DNA of 64,000 nt from Eledone cirrhosa. Its lineage: Eukaryota. Positions 37,220 through 50,392 of this stretch are shown here, one piece after another. The position numbers were made by a program, and so were the translations under genes. Positions within the stretch are counted from its first letter, which is position 1, and each line of letters starts with the position of its first letter. The stretch is from contig OZ024756.1 in the NCBI GenBank assembly GCA_964016885.1, positions 38,564,001-38,628,000 of the forward strand. The letters are read 5' to 3'. The notes under the pieces are model-generated. The model saw only the letters and a list, made by a program, of their open reading frames with translations. It did not search any database and was not told the origin of the DNA.

Positions 37220-37740
37220 ATTTCTTTTATTTGCCACAAGGGCCAAAGACATTGTGGATAGACCGTACATGGACAAAAACAACACACTGGGGTTTACATT
37301 GAGCAAAGAAAAGAGGAAAACAATAGGGATAGCAGTAAGTCATTGGAATAGTTCCCTAATAGGGTGGTGGTGTGGACTACACTTTAGGGTAATTCCAAGA
37401 AGAACCCCCACTCAAAGTCCCCAGATTACTTTGTTAATGTCTCAGGCATTAGAAGTGCCATCTCTCGGGTTTCTTTCCTCCTGCTTAGCAAAGTTTATTC
37501 AGATTAGGCCCAGCTCATTCTTACCACTCTCATCCATCTTACATGAAAATACACATTTGAAGGTAACACTTCTTTCTCTAACACCTTCCTCCTCAGGTGG
37601 AACATGAAAACATTGTTGAAGGTTTGATATGAGAGGAATGTTACTGTACTGAAACCTTTTAGATGTGTCTACCTTCATCTTAGGTTTCTTTATCATAGCT
37701 ACAAGGCAGAGAAAGGCTTGCCATGCCTCCCTTCTAAGGG
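37220..37740 (-). mobile_element. Decayed L1/Tx1-like LINE 3' fragment
   Basis: Frameshifted ORF end (AFLCLVAMIK...FHLRRKV...RWMRV) followed by a GCCCTTGTGGC.AATAAA tail also seen at 20720-20765 and 37750-37795. Confidence 0.5.
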
Positions 37741-38827
37741 GTAATAATAATGATTTCTTTATTATTGGCCACAAGGGCTGAACATAGAGGACAATAATAA
37801 TAATTGTTTCTACTTTTGGCACAAGGCCAGCAATTGTCCCACTGTATTACTGGTGCTTTATTTTATCGACCCCCGTAAGGATGAAAGGCAAAGTTAACCT
37901 CGGCGGGATTTGAACTCAGATCATAAAGGGCCGTAACTCTTAATGATAATTGCACTTAACACTTAATACTAGTTGCAGTGGCCTAGTGGTTAAACAGGTT
38001 TTTCAGACTCTTGTCTAATCAAGGTTCCAAATATGTTTTGTCTCATTGAAACACCATACTACATTCCTTTGTTGTATTTTTTTCCAAATAAATTCAATAC
38101 CTAAACAAAATAATAACAATAATTATTCTTTGAGGGAGGGTTTAGGGCGGTGGATTGGCAGGAATCGGTAGAGCTTCGGTCAACATGCTTTGTGACATAG
38201 AATGACGGCTCTTTATGGTTTGATTTCAAATCCCGCCGAGGTTAGTTTTGCCTTTCATCTTTACAAGGCCGATAAAATAAAGTACCAGTCATGCACTGGG
38301 GTCAATTTAATCGATTTTCTCACTCCACCATCTGAAATTGTTGGCTTTGTACTTAAATCAGAAACCATCATTCTTTGAGGGTGGGTGAGGCGATTCTATC
38401 ATCCCCAGTATTTGGTTGGTATCCCCCCTTCCATCCTCCAAAAAAATTGTTGGCCATGTACCAAATTTAGAACAATCTTATTTTATTATTTTTGTATATA
38501 AAATGTTTGAGTTTTTTTTTCATATTATATTACCCCCTCCCTCCACATTACCAAAAAAAAAAAAAAAATACTAAATAAACATGCTAAAAATAATTTGTGT
38601 AATAAATTGGTTTTCAATTTATTCTATTGTAATTATTTGTAATTCTTTAGTTCTTTCTTTTTCTTACTCTCTCTCACCTTTCTTACTCAGAGTTTAGTGT
38701 GGACACATGCTCACATGTGTATATATGTATATATATATATATATATCAATCTGGAACTAGTTGTTGAAACGGCAAAAGCTCATCTGTCGGGGTCCTGACT
38801 CTATTATATATATAAAGAGATAGGTAG

Positions 38828-39187
38828 ATAAATGTAATCTGAGTTTTTCGAATATTAAAAACATTCGGTTCATTTGCAATTATGCAAACAAGCCTCATTT
38901 TTAAAGCCATGTTAGTAGAATGAAAACTTCATTTTTGCTCTTGTGTTGGCATGTAAACAGAACTGCAGACACTAATGTTTCTGGGTATCACCCTTCATCA
39001 GTACAGCTCACTGTTCACCTGCCAACTGTCAGAGCTAGTGAAAATATATGCCATTTTCTAAAATACACAGTGACTGATTGGCCTAATTTGCATATTAGCA
39101 GATGGCTTTAAAAATGAGGCTTGTTTGTATAATTGCAAACGAATCGAATGTTATTATTAATATTCAAAAAACTCAGATTACATTTAT
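38828..39187. mobile_element. Fold-back MITE with ~80-bp inverted termini
   Basis: ATAAATGTAATCTGAGTTTTT...AAAGCCAT (38828-38910) mirrors ATGGCTTT...CTCAGATTACATTTAT (39101-39187). Confidence 0.75.
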
Positions 39188-40019
39188 TGTATTCAGCCAT
39201 GCAGAGCAAAAATTTTTATTTTTTTTAATTTTTTTATAGATAGATATATATATATGTGTATATATAAGCAGTTCCGTGCAGGCTTAAAATGAAGTCATCT
39301 TTCAAATCCAAATCTAATTTCATTTGTGACTGGGTTCATTGTGTTGAGTGGAGCTGGAGTGATCCATCACAAAAAGGAGCACATCTTCCATCATCAGCTA
39401 GGGCTGAGGATTGTGGTTGTATATCCTTTGGAAAAGTTTGTAAGAATGTAAAAGGTTTGAAAATATACTGGAGAGGTTGTAACACATATCTGCCAAACCC
39501 TTGTCTCATTTTATGATGATGCGAGACTCCATCCATGTGTGTGTGTGCGTATATTTATATATACGAATGTATGTGTATATATATATATGAATATGTAAGT
39601 GTATGTATATATATTATATACTCACACTTATATACGAATGTATGTGTGTATATATATATACACACACATACACATACATTGCTCAGCAATTTTAAAGTTG
39701 ACTGTATATAAAATGAAACCTATAAAATATTTAAATTTCAAATTTATATTTTTTCATTATTCATTTTATCTTTTTTTTTTTAAGTTACCCCTTTAAAAAA
39801 AATATTTGAGATTTTTGAAAATCATGATTTTATTTATTTATTTTTTTTTTTTGTTCTTACCAAAATGGAATAAAATAATGCCTATTCTAAATTTCAGTTG
39901 CTTATTTCTTGAAAAATACCTGCCCATGTAGTAATTCTTATAAAGTCATGTGGCCATGTGTTTAGGGTGTTGGACCCATGATATATATGTTGTAGTTATA
40001 CCTTCACTTGGACAATGCT

Positions 40020-40335
40020 CTCTGCCACAAATCCATCCTGGTGACCAACTCCTTGGCCAATATGGGAAACAAGTCTCTCATCCTCCTTACAATCCAGACT
40101 TGGCCCCATGTGACTTCTGGATACTTCCGAAGCTGAAGGAGAAGCCCAGGGGTATCTGCTTTAAGGATGTAAAGGAGATGAAGGAAGCTGTGACAAGTGC
40201 CCAGGAGACCTTCACTTTGGAGGGCTACAAGTGGACCTTCCAGAAGTGGCTGGAGCAGTACAATGGCATTGAAGTTGAAGGATCCTTCATTGAGGGGGGA
40301 CTAGAGTTGATCTGAATTAAATAAATGTCTCTCTG
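40020..40335 (+). mobile_element. Mariner transposase C-terminal fragment (decayed)
   Basis: HPPYNPDLAPCDFW..PKLKEK.RG..F matches the mariner YSPDLAPxD motif; C-terminal G..IEG. Confidence 0.9.
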
Positions 40336-40389
40336 ATAAATATATATATATATGTGTGTGTGTATATAAATATGTATATATATATATAT

Positions 40390-40680
40390 ACAGCACAGCT
40401 CCCATGACTTTTGGAAACATTTTCTCAAGCTCAGAGTTGCTGAAGCATGGAACAAACTACCTGCATCAGTTGTTAGCTGCCGGGACACTGCATCCTTTAA
40501 AACTTCCATGCTTCCTGAAATTCACCAACACTACATATACATGCACACATGTTTCTGTGTATATCATGACTCATACACTGTTCACTTTCCTGACATTTGT
40601 GCATTATTCTATGTACTATACATGCACCTTTGATAAGTTGTAGTGCACCTGAGCACTGTACACAACTTCATTATTTTTAT
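40390..40680 (+). mobile_element. CR1-like LINE 3' end (also 10575-10810, 6460-6670, 32585-32670, 34290-34335 on -)
   Basis: [29 protein letters not shown] matches the CR1-type F..RV...WN.LP..VV.....SFK C-terminus. Confidence 0.75.
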
Positions 40681-43214
40681 ATGTGTGTGTGTATATATAT
40701 AAATATATGTAGGTATGTACATACATGTATATATGTATATATTAGTGTATGTACATGCTTTCTTGCCAAAATAGAAAGCTACCCAGTAAACAAGCAGCAA
40801 GAAACCAAAATAGCAACAGCATCAGTTGGCACATATTCATTGTGTAATAATGGTGTGTGTGTCCATTATGTAATAGTGTATATGTGTGTGTTGTGTATAT
40901 GTGTGTGTTTGGTAATAGTGGTGTGTATGTGTGTATATAATGTAATAACTATATGTGTGTATTGGGTAATATATGTGTATGTATGCGTTTGTTGTGTAAT
41001 GGTTCTGCATGTTATGCAATAGTTACATATATATGTGTGTCTATATATGTATATATATGTATGTGTGTGTGTGTGTGTGTGCGTATATATATATGTGTGT
41101 GTGTGTATATATATATATGTACAAATGTGTATGTGTGTGTTACTGCTTGTGATATGTAATAAGTTGCCTGCATTTGTCTTGGGAATATGTGTATGTGTGA
41201 GTATAGTGTGTATGAGTGTTGTGGAGTCTGTGTGTATGTTGTGGATGAAGGAAAAGTTGGACTCCGCCCTCTTAAATAAAACAGAGCAGTTCCTATTTGA
41301 CTTGGGAAGATATAATATGTGTGTGTGCAGGCTAGAAATGGTTTCCATACACACACACTTACAAACATTCACTCTCACATACACTTTTATACACATCCAC
41401 ACACTCCTGCCCATTTATTCCCTTACACACATTCATCACCCTACACACACAAATACGTACAACCACCCGCACCATATATGTATACACACAAACACATTTG
41501 CCACCACCTCCCCATTCACACACATGTATTTACCTCACCCCACATACAAGCACGCACAGTCACCTCACATACATAGATTTACGCCACATACACATTACAC
41601 ATCCTTTCGAGATCGAGAAAGTATAGTACCAGTCACATACTTGGGTATATATACATATATATATGTAATCAACTTTTCCCTCCCCACAGATTGTTAGCTT
41701 TGTGCCTAAATTGAAATCTGGGGTTAGCTTTGCCTTTCATCCTTAAGGGGTTGATAAAATAAAGTACCAGTAATGCACTGGGGTCAATTTAATCGACTTT
41801 CTCCACCCTTCCCTTCAAATTGTTGGCATTGTGCCTAAATTAGAAGTCATTATTTAATCGAGTGGACTGGAGCAACATGAAATGAAGTTTCTTGCTCAAG
41901 GACGTGTCACCTACTTCAGGAATCAAGCCCATAAATTTATGATCGTGAATCTGAAATACTAACTAGCAGACCACATACTTTTACAACAGAAATAAAATTA
42001 TGTGTTCACTGAATAACTCTTGTGAAGTGGTGAGAGCGTCAGGCTTACAATCATGAGGCTGTGAGTTCGATTCTTGGACCAGGCTTCGCGTTGTGTCCTT
42101 GAGCAAGACACTTTATTTCACGTTGCTCCAGTTTACTCAGCTGCAGAAATGTGTAGTCATGTCACTGGTGCCAAGATGTATCGGCCATTGTCTTTCCCTT
42201 GGACAACGTTATATGTAGCTTTGTGTATATATAGTATAAATATAGTGTGTATAACGTGTATATATAGTAAGTCTATACTGTGTATATATATATATATATG
42301 TAGGAGGTGAGTAATATTGTAGAACAATAAAACTATGCATATATCAGATAAGTAGCACTCAACAGTTGGTAGAACTGGAGTATATATAAAGAAGAAATTA
42401 AAAGATGGTTAAAAAAGTTCCATATATTGTTGTTTTTGAAATGCGCATAATAAAATATATGGAACTTTTTTAACCATCTTTTAATTTCTTCTTTATATAT
42501 ATATATAAATATATATGTTGTCAAGTCGCTGTTGCCAAGCTGTATCGGCATTGCCTTTCCCTTGGACAACATCGGTGGCATGGAGAGGGGAGACTGGTAT
42601 ACATGGGCGACTGTTGGTCTTCCACAAACAACCTTGCCCGGACTTGTGCCTCAGAGAGAACTTTCTGGGTACAAATCCCATGGTCATTCGTAACCTAAGG
42701 GGGTTCTTAATTAAATAAGAATAACTTTTAACGTCCTGAACTGTATGAAATCGCATTAGGAAAAGACATTCTTTGAAAGTACAAGGACAGTATGTGTCAT
42801 TGAGTGAAAAGGATTGATGCCATGGTCTTAGGAATATGGTGCTACCACCCTGACCACTGGTCTGAGTACCTTCACTGACCAGATGTTGGCTAGAAGATTA
42901 ATGAGAATAGTAACCGGGCAGTAGGTCAGTCCATGTCTGGCTGTGACTTACAGACACAGATAACAAAATGTCTCACACACATATATATACATACATGTAT
43001 ATACACACATGTATATGCACACATGTATATATAAATTGATATATACTTATGTATATATATATATATATATTGGTGTTAGGAAGGGCATCCAGCCGTAGAA
43101 AATCCGCCAGACAGTCCTATATGAGCAAGACAACCAATCTTACCTCAAGTGGGAAAACTCCCGTCCAAACCCATGCAAGCGTGGAAGATGGACGTTAAAC
43201 GATGATGATGATGA

Positions 43215-43500
43215 TGGTTAAGAGAGTGAGGCTGGCTTTGTGCAGTGCCTTTGCTCACTATAAAAGCTTCACGGCACAGGCATTGCTTTATATCTGGAGA
43301 TCTCTCTGCACTTGTTGTTACATGGTACCATGGGCCCAGCACTGTGTGTCAATAATTGTCACAAGTGTAGTGTTTGTACCAGAGTTTTCAAGTCGCTGGC
43401 TGGACTAAAAAGTCACACTCGTTCAGCGCATCGGTAGGGGTTCTGCTACATGGATATATAGTCGTGGCCGTACTCGAAAACGAGTTGGCAGCCACCATGT
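43215..43500 (+). mobile_element. LINE 3' end with terminal C2H2 zinc finger (related 27520-27632 on +, 49540-49730 on -)
   Basis: [22 protein letters not shown] followed by a shared tail TACTC.AAA..GAGTTG.CAGCCA.CAT. Confidence 0.6.
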
Positions 43501-43503
43501 ATA

Positions 43504-43547
<44 letters not shown>

Positions 43548-44164
43548 TGTATATATATAATATATATATATATATATGTATATACATATATATATGCGTG
43601 TATATATATATATGCATATATATATATTTATATATATGCATATATATATATTTATATATATGCATATATATACATACATGCATATATATATATACATATA
43701 TATATGTATATTCCGGTACCATTTTTATTGATCAAGGTGAGTTGATAGGTCATGCTGACCTTGGCACGAGTTATATATAGAATCTCAGCTACCAGACAAC
43801 TCTAGACAATATTGCAGTTCTACCAGTTTTACATTAGCTGAGAGGTGTTCAATTTGGCAGAGAGAGTAAAGTGTGGAGTATTTGTTCCATTTCTGTGAGT
43901 TCAAATCTTTAAAGGACCCCACCAAAACAATAAAAGTCCCTAACAATCTAATGACTACACCAGTTCAGAAATGGTTGATCTGGTAGATTCGTTGTTTTGA
44001 TATTTCTTCTGGTTCTCTGCAATCAGCATTGGAATCATGCTGGTATCTACTTTGTCCTTTTGTTCATTCGAAAAGGGTCAATAAAAAAAAATACCCAGCC
44101 CTGTCTTAGAGCAGCCCCCTCTCCTTCCAGTTGTCACATCCTCAAAAGATATATATAAATATAT

Positions 44165-44244
44165 ATAGGGTGTCCCCCCCAAAAAAAATGTATACACACT
44201 TTTATTAGAATGCTGTTGAAGTGTGTATACATTTTTGGGACACC

Positions 44245-44249
<5 letters not shown>
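44165..44249. mobile_element. Tc1/mariner-type MITE (also 18081-18160, 33918-34023, 58664-58769)
   Basis: TA|CAGGGTGTCCC...GGGACACCCTG|TA inverted termini within TA tracts. Confidence 0.75.
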
Positions 44250-44299
<50 letters not shown>

Positions 44300-45495
44300 C
44301 GGTCGATCGACTTTCGAAAAATCGGACCGAGGAAACAATGTTTCCGTTGGTCTTTCCAATTGCTAATACTCTCTATCAGTCACAACTCCAGGTAAAAAGA
44401 ACAACGTGAAATAAAGTGTCTTGCTCCTCATACTGGACTGGTATTTTTTTTATAATGACCTTGAAATATTTAGCTCATACGTTTCCTTATAAACCAAAGT
44501 GTTCCAACATCGTCGTAGTCTGTTAGCTGGACTAAGAATGTAACAATGAAGAAAGAACAAAACAACAGCAAAACCAAACCAGGCGATAGCTTGTTTAATC
44601 AAAAAATAAAATAAAAAGAAAGCAAGAAAATGAATTATTTCTTTGATGTTTTATAATTTTCAAAACGATTGTTATAGAAACCATAGAAGAATGACAACGT
44701 GAAGAATACGGAGGGTTTAAATTAACAGACAATGGCTAACTTTGGGTGGTGTAGGAATGAATATGCTTAACGTTTCTTAGCAGTAATAATTGGCAAAGAT
44801 TAAAACATAGAAACGTGTAATATTGAATTAAATGAGACAAACAAACAAGACATGACAAGACTAGACTAGATTAGAAAAATAAAAATGTTGGTCGGACGCC
44901 ATGCTTTGCAGCATAGAGTTACGGTCTGAGTTCAAATCCCACTGATGTTAACTTTGCCTTTAATCGTTACGGGGTCAATAAAATAAAGTACCAATAACGC
45001 ACTGGGGTAATTGCTGGCCTTGTGCCAAAAGTAGACATTTATTAATACTTTAAATTGAATTGGCAGTATCGGTAGAGCGTCGGACACCATGTTTCGCGAC
45101 ATAGAGTTACGGCCCTTTAAATTCCGAGTTCAAATCCCGCAGAGGTTAGCTTCGCCTTTCATTCTTACGGGATTCCCTCTCCCCCAAATTGTTGGTCTTG
45201 TGCCTAAATCAGAAACAATTATTAATACTTTAAAACAGATTCGTGCTTTCAGACATTTAATGGTGGTCAGTTTTTGAGCTTAACTACCAATTGCAATATA
45301 TATATATATATAATATAAGATCAAAAGATGGTTAAAAGAGTTCCAAGTATTTTATTATGCACATTTCAAAATAATTGGAACTCTTTTAACCATCTTTTGA
45401 TTTTATATTATTTATACTCCAGTCCTACAAACTGTTGAGTGCTACTTATCCGATATTTGCATTGCTTTATTGTGCTACAATAAAACTCACCTCCT

Positions 45496-45553
<58 letters not shown>

Positions 45554-48500
45554 TTTGTAGGTATTGATACACACACACACACAATATATATATATATATC
45601 AAATTTAATATAGAAATGGTTTTTACAGGACTAGGACTGTTTCATTTGAAAGAAATCATTGAGTACCTTATTGTAGTTACCTCCGATTGAATCCGGGACT
45701 CACACACACATATATATATATAGTATAAAAACACACAGAAAGACAAGAAATTAAATAGAACAAAATTTAAAAAAAAGAGAGGAAACACAGAGGAGCAAGA
45801 ATAATCATATATAAACACCATTTATATTTTAAAAACAAGAGAAGCCACACACACTGAAAGCACTCAACACACTCGTAACATTGCCACGGGTGATTAAAAA
45901 TATAATATTATTCATTATCATCGTAAAATTGATAGACACGACGAAAGAAAAAAAAAATCCGAGTTGGTTTAGTCTACTACAACCACAAACGGAAAGTATT
46001 TAGTAAACAAACATTAACAAACGGAGATATATAGAGTAATGGAATTATACAAAATATAGAGAGAATTAAAAGAAAAAAAATGTTCTTTTAAATTTCATCA
46101 ACATAATCGTTGATGACGTATTTCTATAAAATGTCATTAAAAGATATATATTATTAAGAAGGTCGAAACAAAGTCATGGCTAGACTAAAACTATTTCTGC
46201 CGAAACTTTAAGGTTTAAAATCGAGTCGGACATGGCCAACAATAAAATGGAATTTAAATACGAAAGATAGGTAGCATATTTTGAATGATTTATTTGTGAA
46301 TTTTGGTTGTTCTTGGAAATGTTGAGCTTTTATTTTATTTATTTGCCCGTTGCTGCATATTTTCAATATTTTGTGTATGTATATTGGAGTTCTTGGGCTA
46401 TATAGGAAGTTTTTCCTGTTTCATGGCATTCACATGAAAATTATATACACAACATTATATTCTGTAAAGAGGTTGGCATTAGGAAGGACATCCAGCAGTA
46501 GAAACTATGTAAAAAATTGAAATGTATGAAGACATGGTTCTCTGATTCGACTAGTCTTGGTCCGTGACAACCCATTCAATCCATTTCCATGTCTGTATGG
46601 AAAACGGACGTAAAACAACGATGAAGACAATGATAATCCAATGTACATTAATTTCTTGATTAAGATGGTTGGGTTTGATTACCAGGTGGAGTCGCTACTT
46701 CTCCGAATTGAGATATCACAGCTCCAATACTATGGGCATGTGGTTAGAATGTCTCAAGAAAGAATCGCTGGACATATTCTACGGGCAAAACTAACCGGCA
46801 GGAGACCCAGAGAAAGATGGTTGGATAACATCCATGAGCTTGGCTGGTCTTGCTTGGGGGATCCAGCTGGTTCACTTGAAGATGGTTGCTTCTGACAGGA
46901 CCTGCTGGAATGAGTGCTTGCGGACTCTGCCTCCACGACACTCTCAGGAATAAGTGGGCAATGACGAAGAAAAAGAAAAAGAAGGGTGTGATTGGAAGAG
47001 ATTCAGCTGCTACTTCTAGCATGTAGAGTGACCAGGTACAATTTCCCCTTCGTTGGTTCCGTTTCTGAACTATAGGTGTGGAATGAAACCAGACTATCGA
47101 GTTATGCAATTGCATTATCGATCTGACTGACCAAGCAAAAGGGACATACATCCACGATTACAATAGAGCGACCTCAAAATAGTTAATAAATTGTATTTTT
47201 TTCACTAGACATATCGATTGTTTAGTTTCAGTGTTTACAAGGAGATAGGGACGTGCCTTTCTGCTTTATATCCATCATAGAAATCAGTTTACCTATGCTA
47301 CAGATAGTAAATACTGTCTTAAAAACCACTGAGTACGATTGAATCCTAAACTAAACCAAATAAATGCAGTGAGATAAATACATATTCATTCGTCTCATTA
47401 AACTTTAAAAGATAAAATAAAAAAAAATGTTTCGTAATGAAATTGAACGGTAAATAAGGGCTTTATTTATAAATTTATTATATATATTTTTCTAAATGAA
47501 ATATTTTCTTCCACTCACTAACTAAGCCTCTTCCTAACTATAGGTATCGCCGACCAACCAGAAATTCATGGACAGACATACATACTGAAATAATCGAAAT
47601 AATTAATGCTTCTTGAAAATTAGATTGTTGTTTATTTGTATAGAAGAAAAAATAAATCTTAACCATTCCGATGTATATACTGAGTTTCTTGAGGTTTGAC
47701 GTAAACAGAACTTCCAAATAGATTTACGTCTTATGTATATATGGAGACGTAGGGGCGTGACCCAAACATCTTAAATATGGCGGACCCCATCCTCTCTCTC
47801 TAGATCTTAAACCTGATTTCTTCCAGAGTATTGCATTAGTACTTAATTATCGACCTCGAGACGATGAAGGGCAAAGTTGACCTCAGCGGGATTTGAACTA
47901 AAAGCCTGAATGAAAACCACAAAAATATTTCTATCCGACGTTCTACCGAGCCTGCCAATTCACCGCCTACATTACGCATTACCAGAAACGCAATAAAACT
48001 GCAAGATTCATTGGGGTTTCAAACCCTCAATAAATCTTAAACCCAGTAGTGCTATCCTGATATATAACGACCCTTTAAATGTCACGCCATCTCCGTAAGT
48101 AGGTTTTGTTTGAACGTTGATTTCTCGTACAGCTAGCTAAAGGCTCGACGGGATTTGAACACAGAATGTAAAGGGTCATAACTCTCGGCTGCTAGCATGT
48201 TGTCCGACGCTCTACCGATACTACCAATCCACAGTCCTCAGGCGAGAGATAATGTAAGTTGTAAGGAAAGAATAGAGGAAAATGGAAGAGAGAGGGAGAG
48301 AGAAAGAAAAAACAGTGGAAGTGACGTGAGTGTAAACAAATAGAGGTTTATGAAAGTAGATGCATGTCGGCTTGAATATACATATAGTATTAGTAGAAAC
48401 ATGTACACAGTTACGTAACATGGCAGTTGGATCTCCACCTCATCAGCCACCTTGCTGGCAGTGCAGTTTCACACATTAAGCTAGTACTGCACTTGTGATG

Positions 48501-48589
48501 CCAGTTTGCGCAGCAGGTCGGATGACTGGTTTGTTGGTGAGATGCATGTGAGACGATAGCAGAACAAAGATAGGTCAACAGAATTTACG

Positions 48590-48630
<41 letters not shown>

Positions 48631-48871
48631 GTGTATGTGTGTGTAACACACACACGGATATATATAGAGAGATAGATAGAGAGGGGGCTAAACCCGCCCG
48701 CGACGCCAAGCGGTTTCGGCTTGTATTCCGCAATCCTTTTCATTACCGAATACAAACCGAAACCGCCTGGCGTCGTGGTCGTAGTTTTACCTTCCTCTAT
48801 ACTTACTTTGCTCTTCCCCATGCAAAGAGTACTCCCCTAATTTGAGGTCTCTCTGGTCTCTGCACTGCAGT

Positions 48872-48933
<62 letters not shown>

Positions 48934-49441
48934 GCACGCACACATATATCGATGGATGTGCGGAAACGACAAACCATGGATGAACTGAGAGAGAAACTGG
49001 GTATAAGAGGAATCAGATGTAGCGTGCAAGAGAGGAGACTGCAATGGTATGGATATGTGATGCGCATGGATGATAATAGCCGAGTGAAGAAATGCCAAGA
49101 AATCCCGGTGGAGGGAAGCCGCGGGAGAGAAAGATCAAGGAAGACCTGGCGGGAATGTGGTCTGAGTTGATCTCAAATTGCTGGCGTTCATTGAGGAGAT
49201 GACAAAGGAACGCGACAAGTGGAGAGATGTGCTGAAAAGGACACAGCCAAACCATGCAAGCAGGGAACAGCGGACGTAAAATGATGATTTTATTGGCATA
49301 CATATATATGCGCACACACACATATATATATGCACACAACGCATATATATATATGCATATAAATATGCACGCACACACACATATATATAATCATATACAT
49401 AAATATATTTATATATATAAAAGCACATACATAAATATATG

Positions 49442-49477
<36 letters not shown>

Positions 49478-50215
49478 AAAACACTCACTTACATATATAT
49501 ATAAATACATAATGCATATATATTATATAAATTTATACATGATGGCTGCAACCCGATTTTGAGTAATGCCATCGCTTGATATTTAAGCATCACGGACGTG
49601 GCTTTTTAGTCCTGTTAGGCGCTTGTTTATGGCCAGCAATACCATGCATCGCAAAAAATGTCACATATCAAGCGATGCCTGTGCTTGAAGCTTTTTTAAC
49701 CAAGGAAAGGCTTTGCACGGGGGCAATCCCACTTTCTGAACATACATATATATATATGCAGTTGCACAAAAGGAAGAACTGGTCTACATCACTGGATGTA
49801 AACGATGTCGCAGGTTTTATATCAGAGTGACCTTCTCCTCGAGAGATGTCTTAATGAAGACTAGGGGTCCCCCCCCCCCAAAAAAAAAGAATACTTTACT
49901 GGATGACCGTTGACTATCCTGAGTTCCTCCGTCCTTTGACGGGTTTTGTTTTTCATCCGCTGGGTGTCCAAAATCACCCTCTTCACCAAGCAAGCTTGGT
50001 GGGGTTACATGTTACTAGTAGCACTGAAGAGCGACCCGACATACATATAGGCATAGTCATATATGTATGTACAAATTTAGGTACACACATATATGCACAC
50101 ACACACACACACACAGTCATATATGTATGTACAAATTCAGGTACACACATATATGCACACACACACACACACACAGTCATATATGTATGTACAAATTCAG
50201 GTACACACATATATG

Positions 50216-50275
<60 letters not shown>

Positions 50276-50351
50276 CAAGGTTTAGCAAATAAGAAAAAGT
50301 TTCAAAATAAATTTCAAAAAATTCACTGTACTTACTATGGTTACCTATATG

Positions 50352-50392
<41 letters not shown>

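Noticed and set aside
39280-39540. Unique-looking sequence with 66-75 aa ORFs (also 51239-51421)
   Set aside because: No recognisable motif or consistent splice sites; I cannot support a gene between NCSTN and POLR2H.
43350-43437. C2H2 zinc-finger gene exon
   Set aside because: A single finger followed by a tail shared with other dispersed copies; best explained as a LINE ORF terminus.
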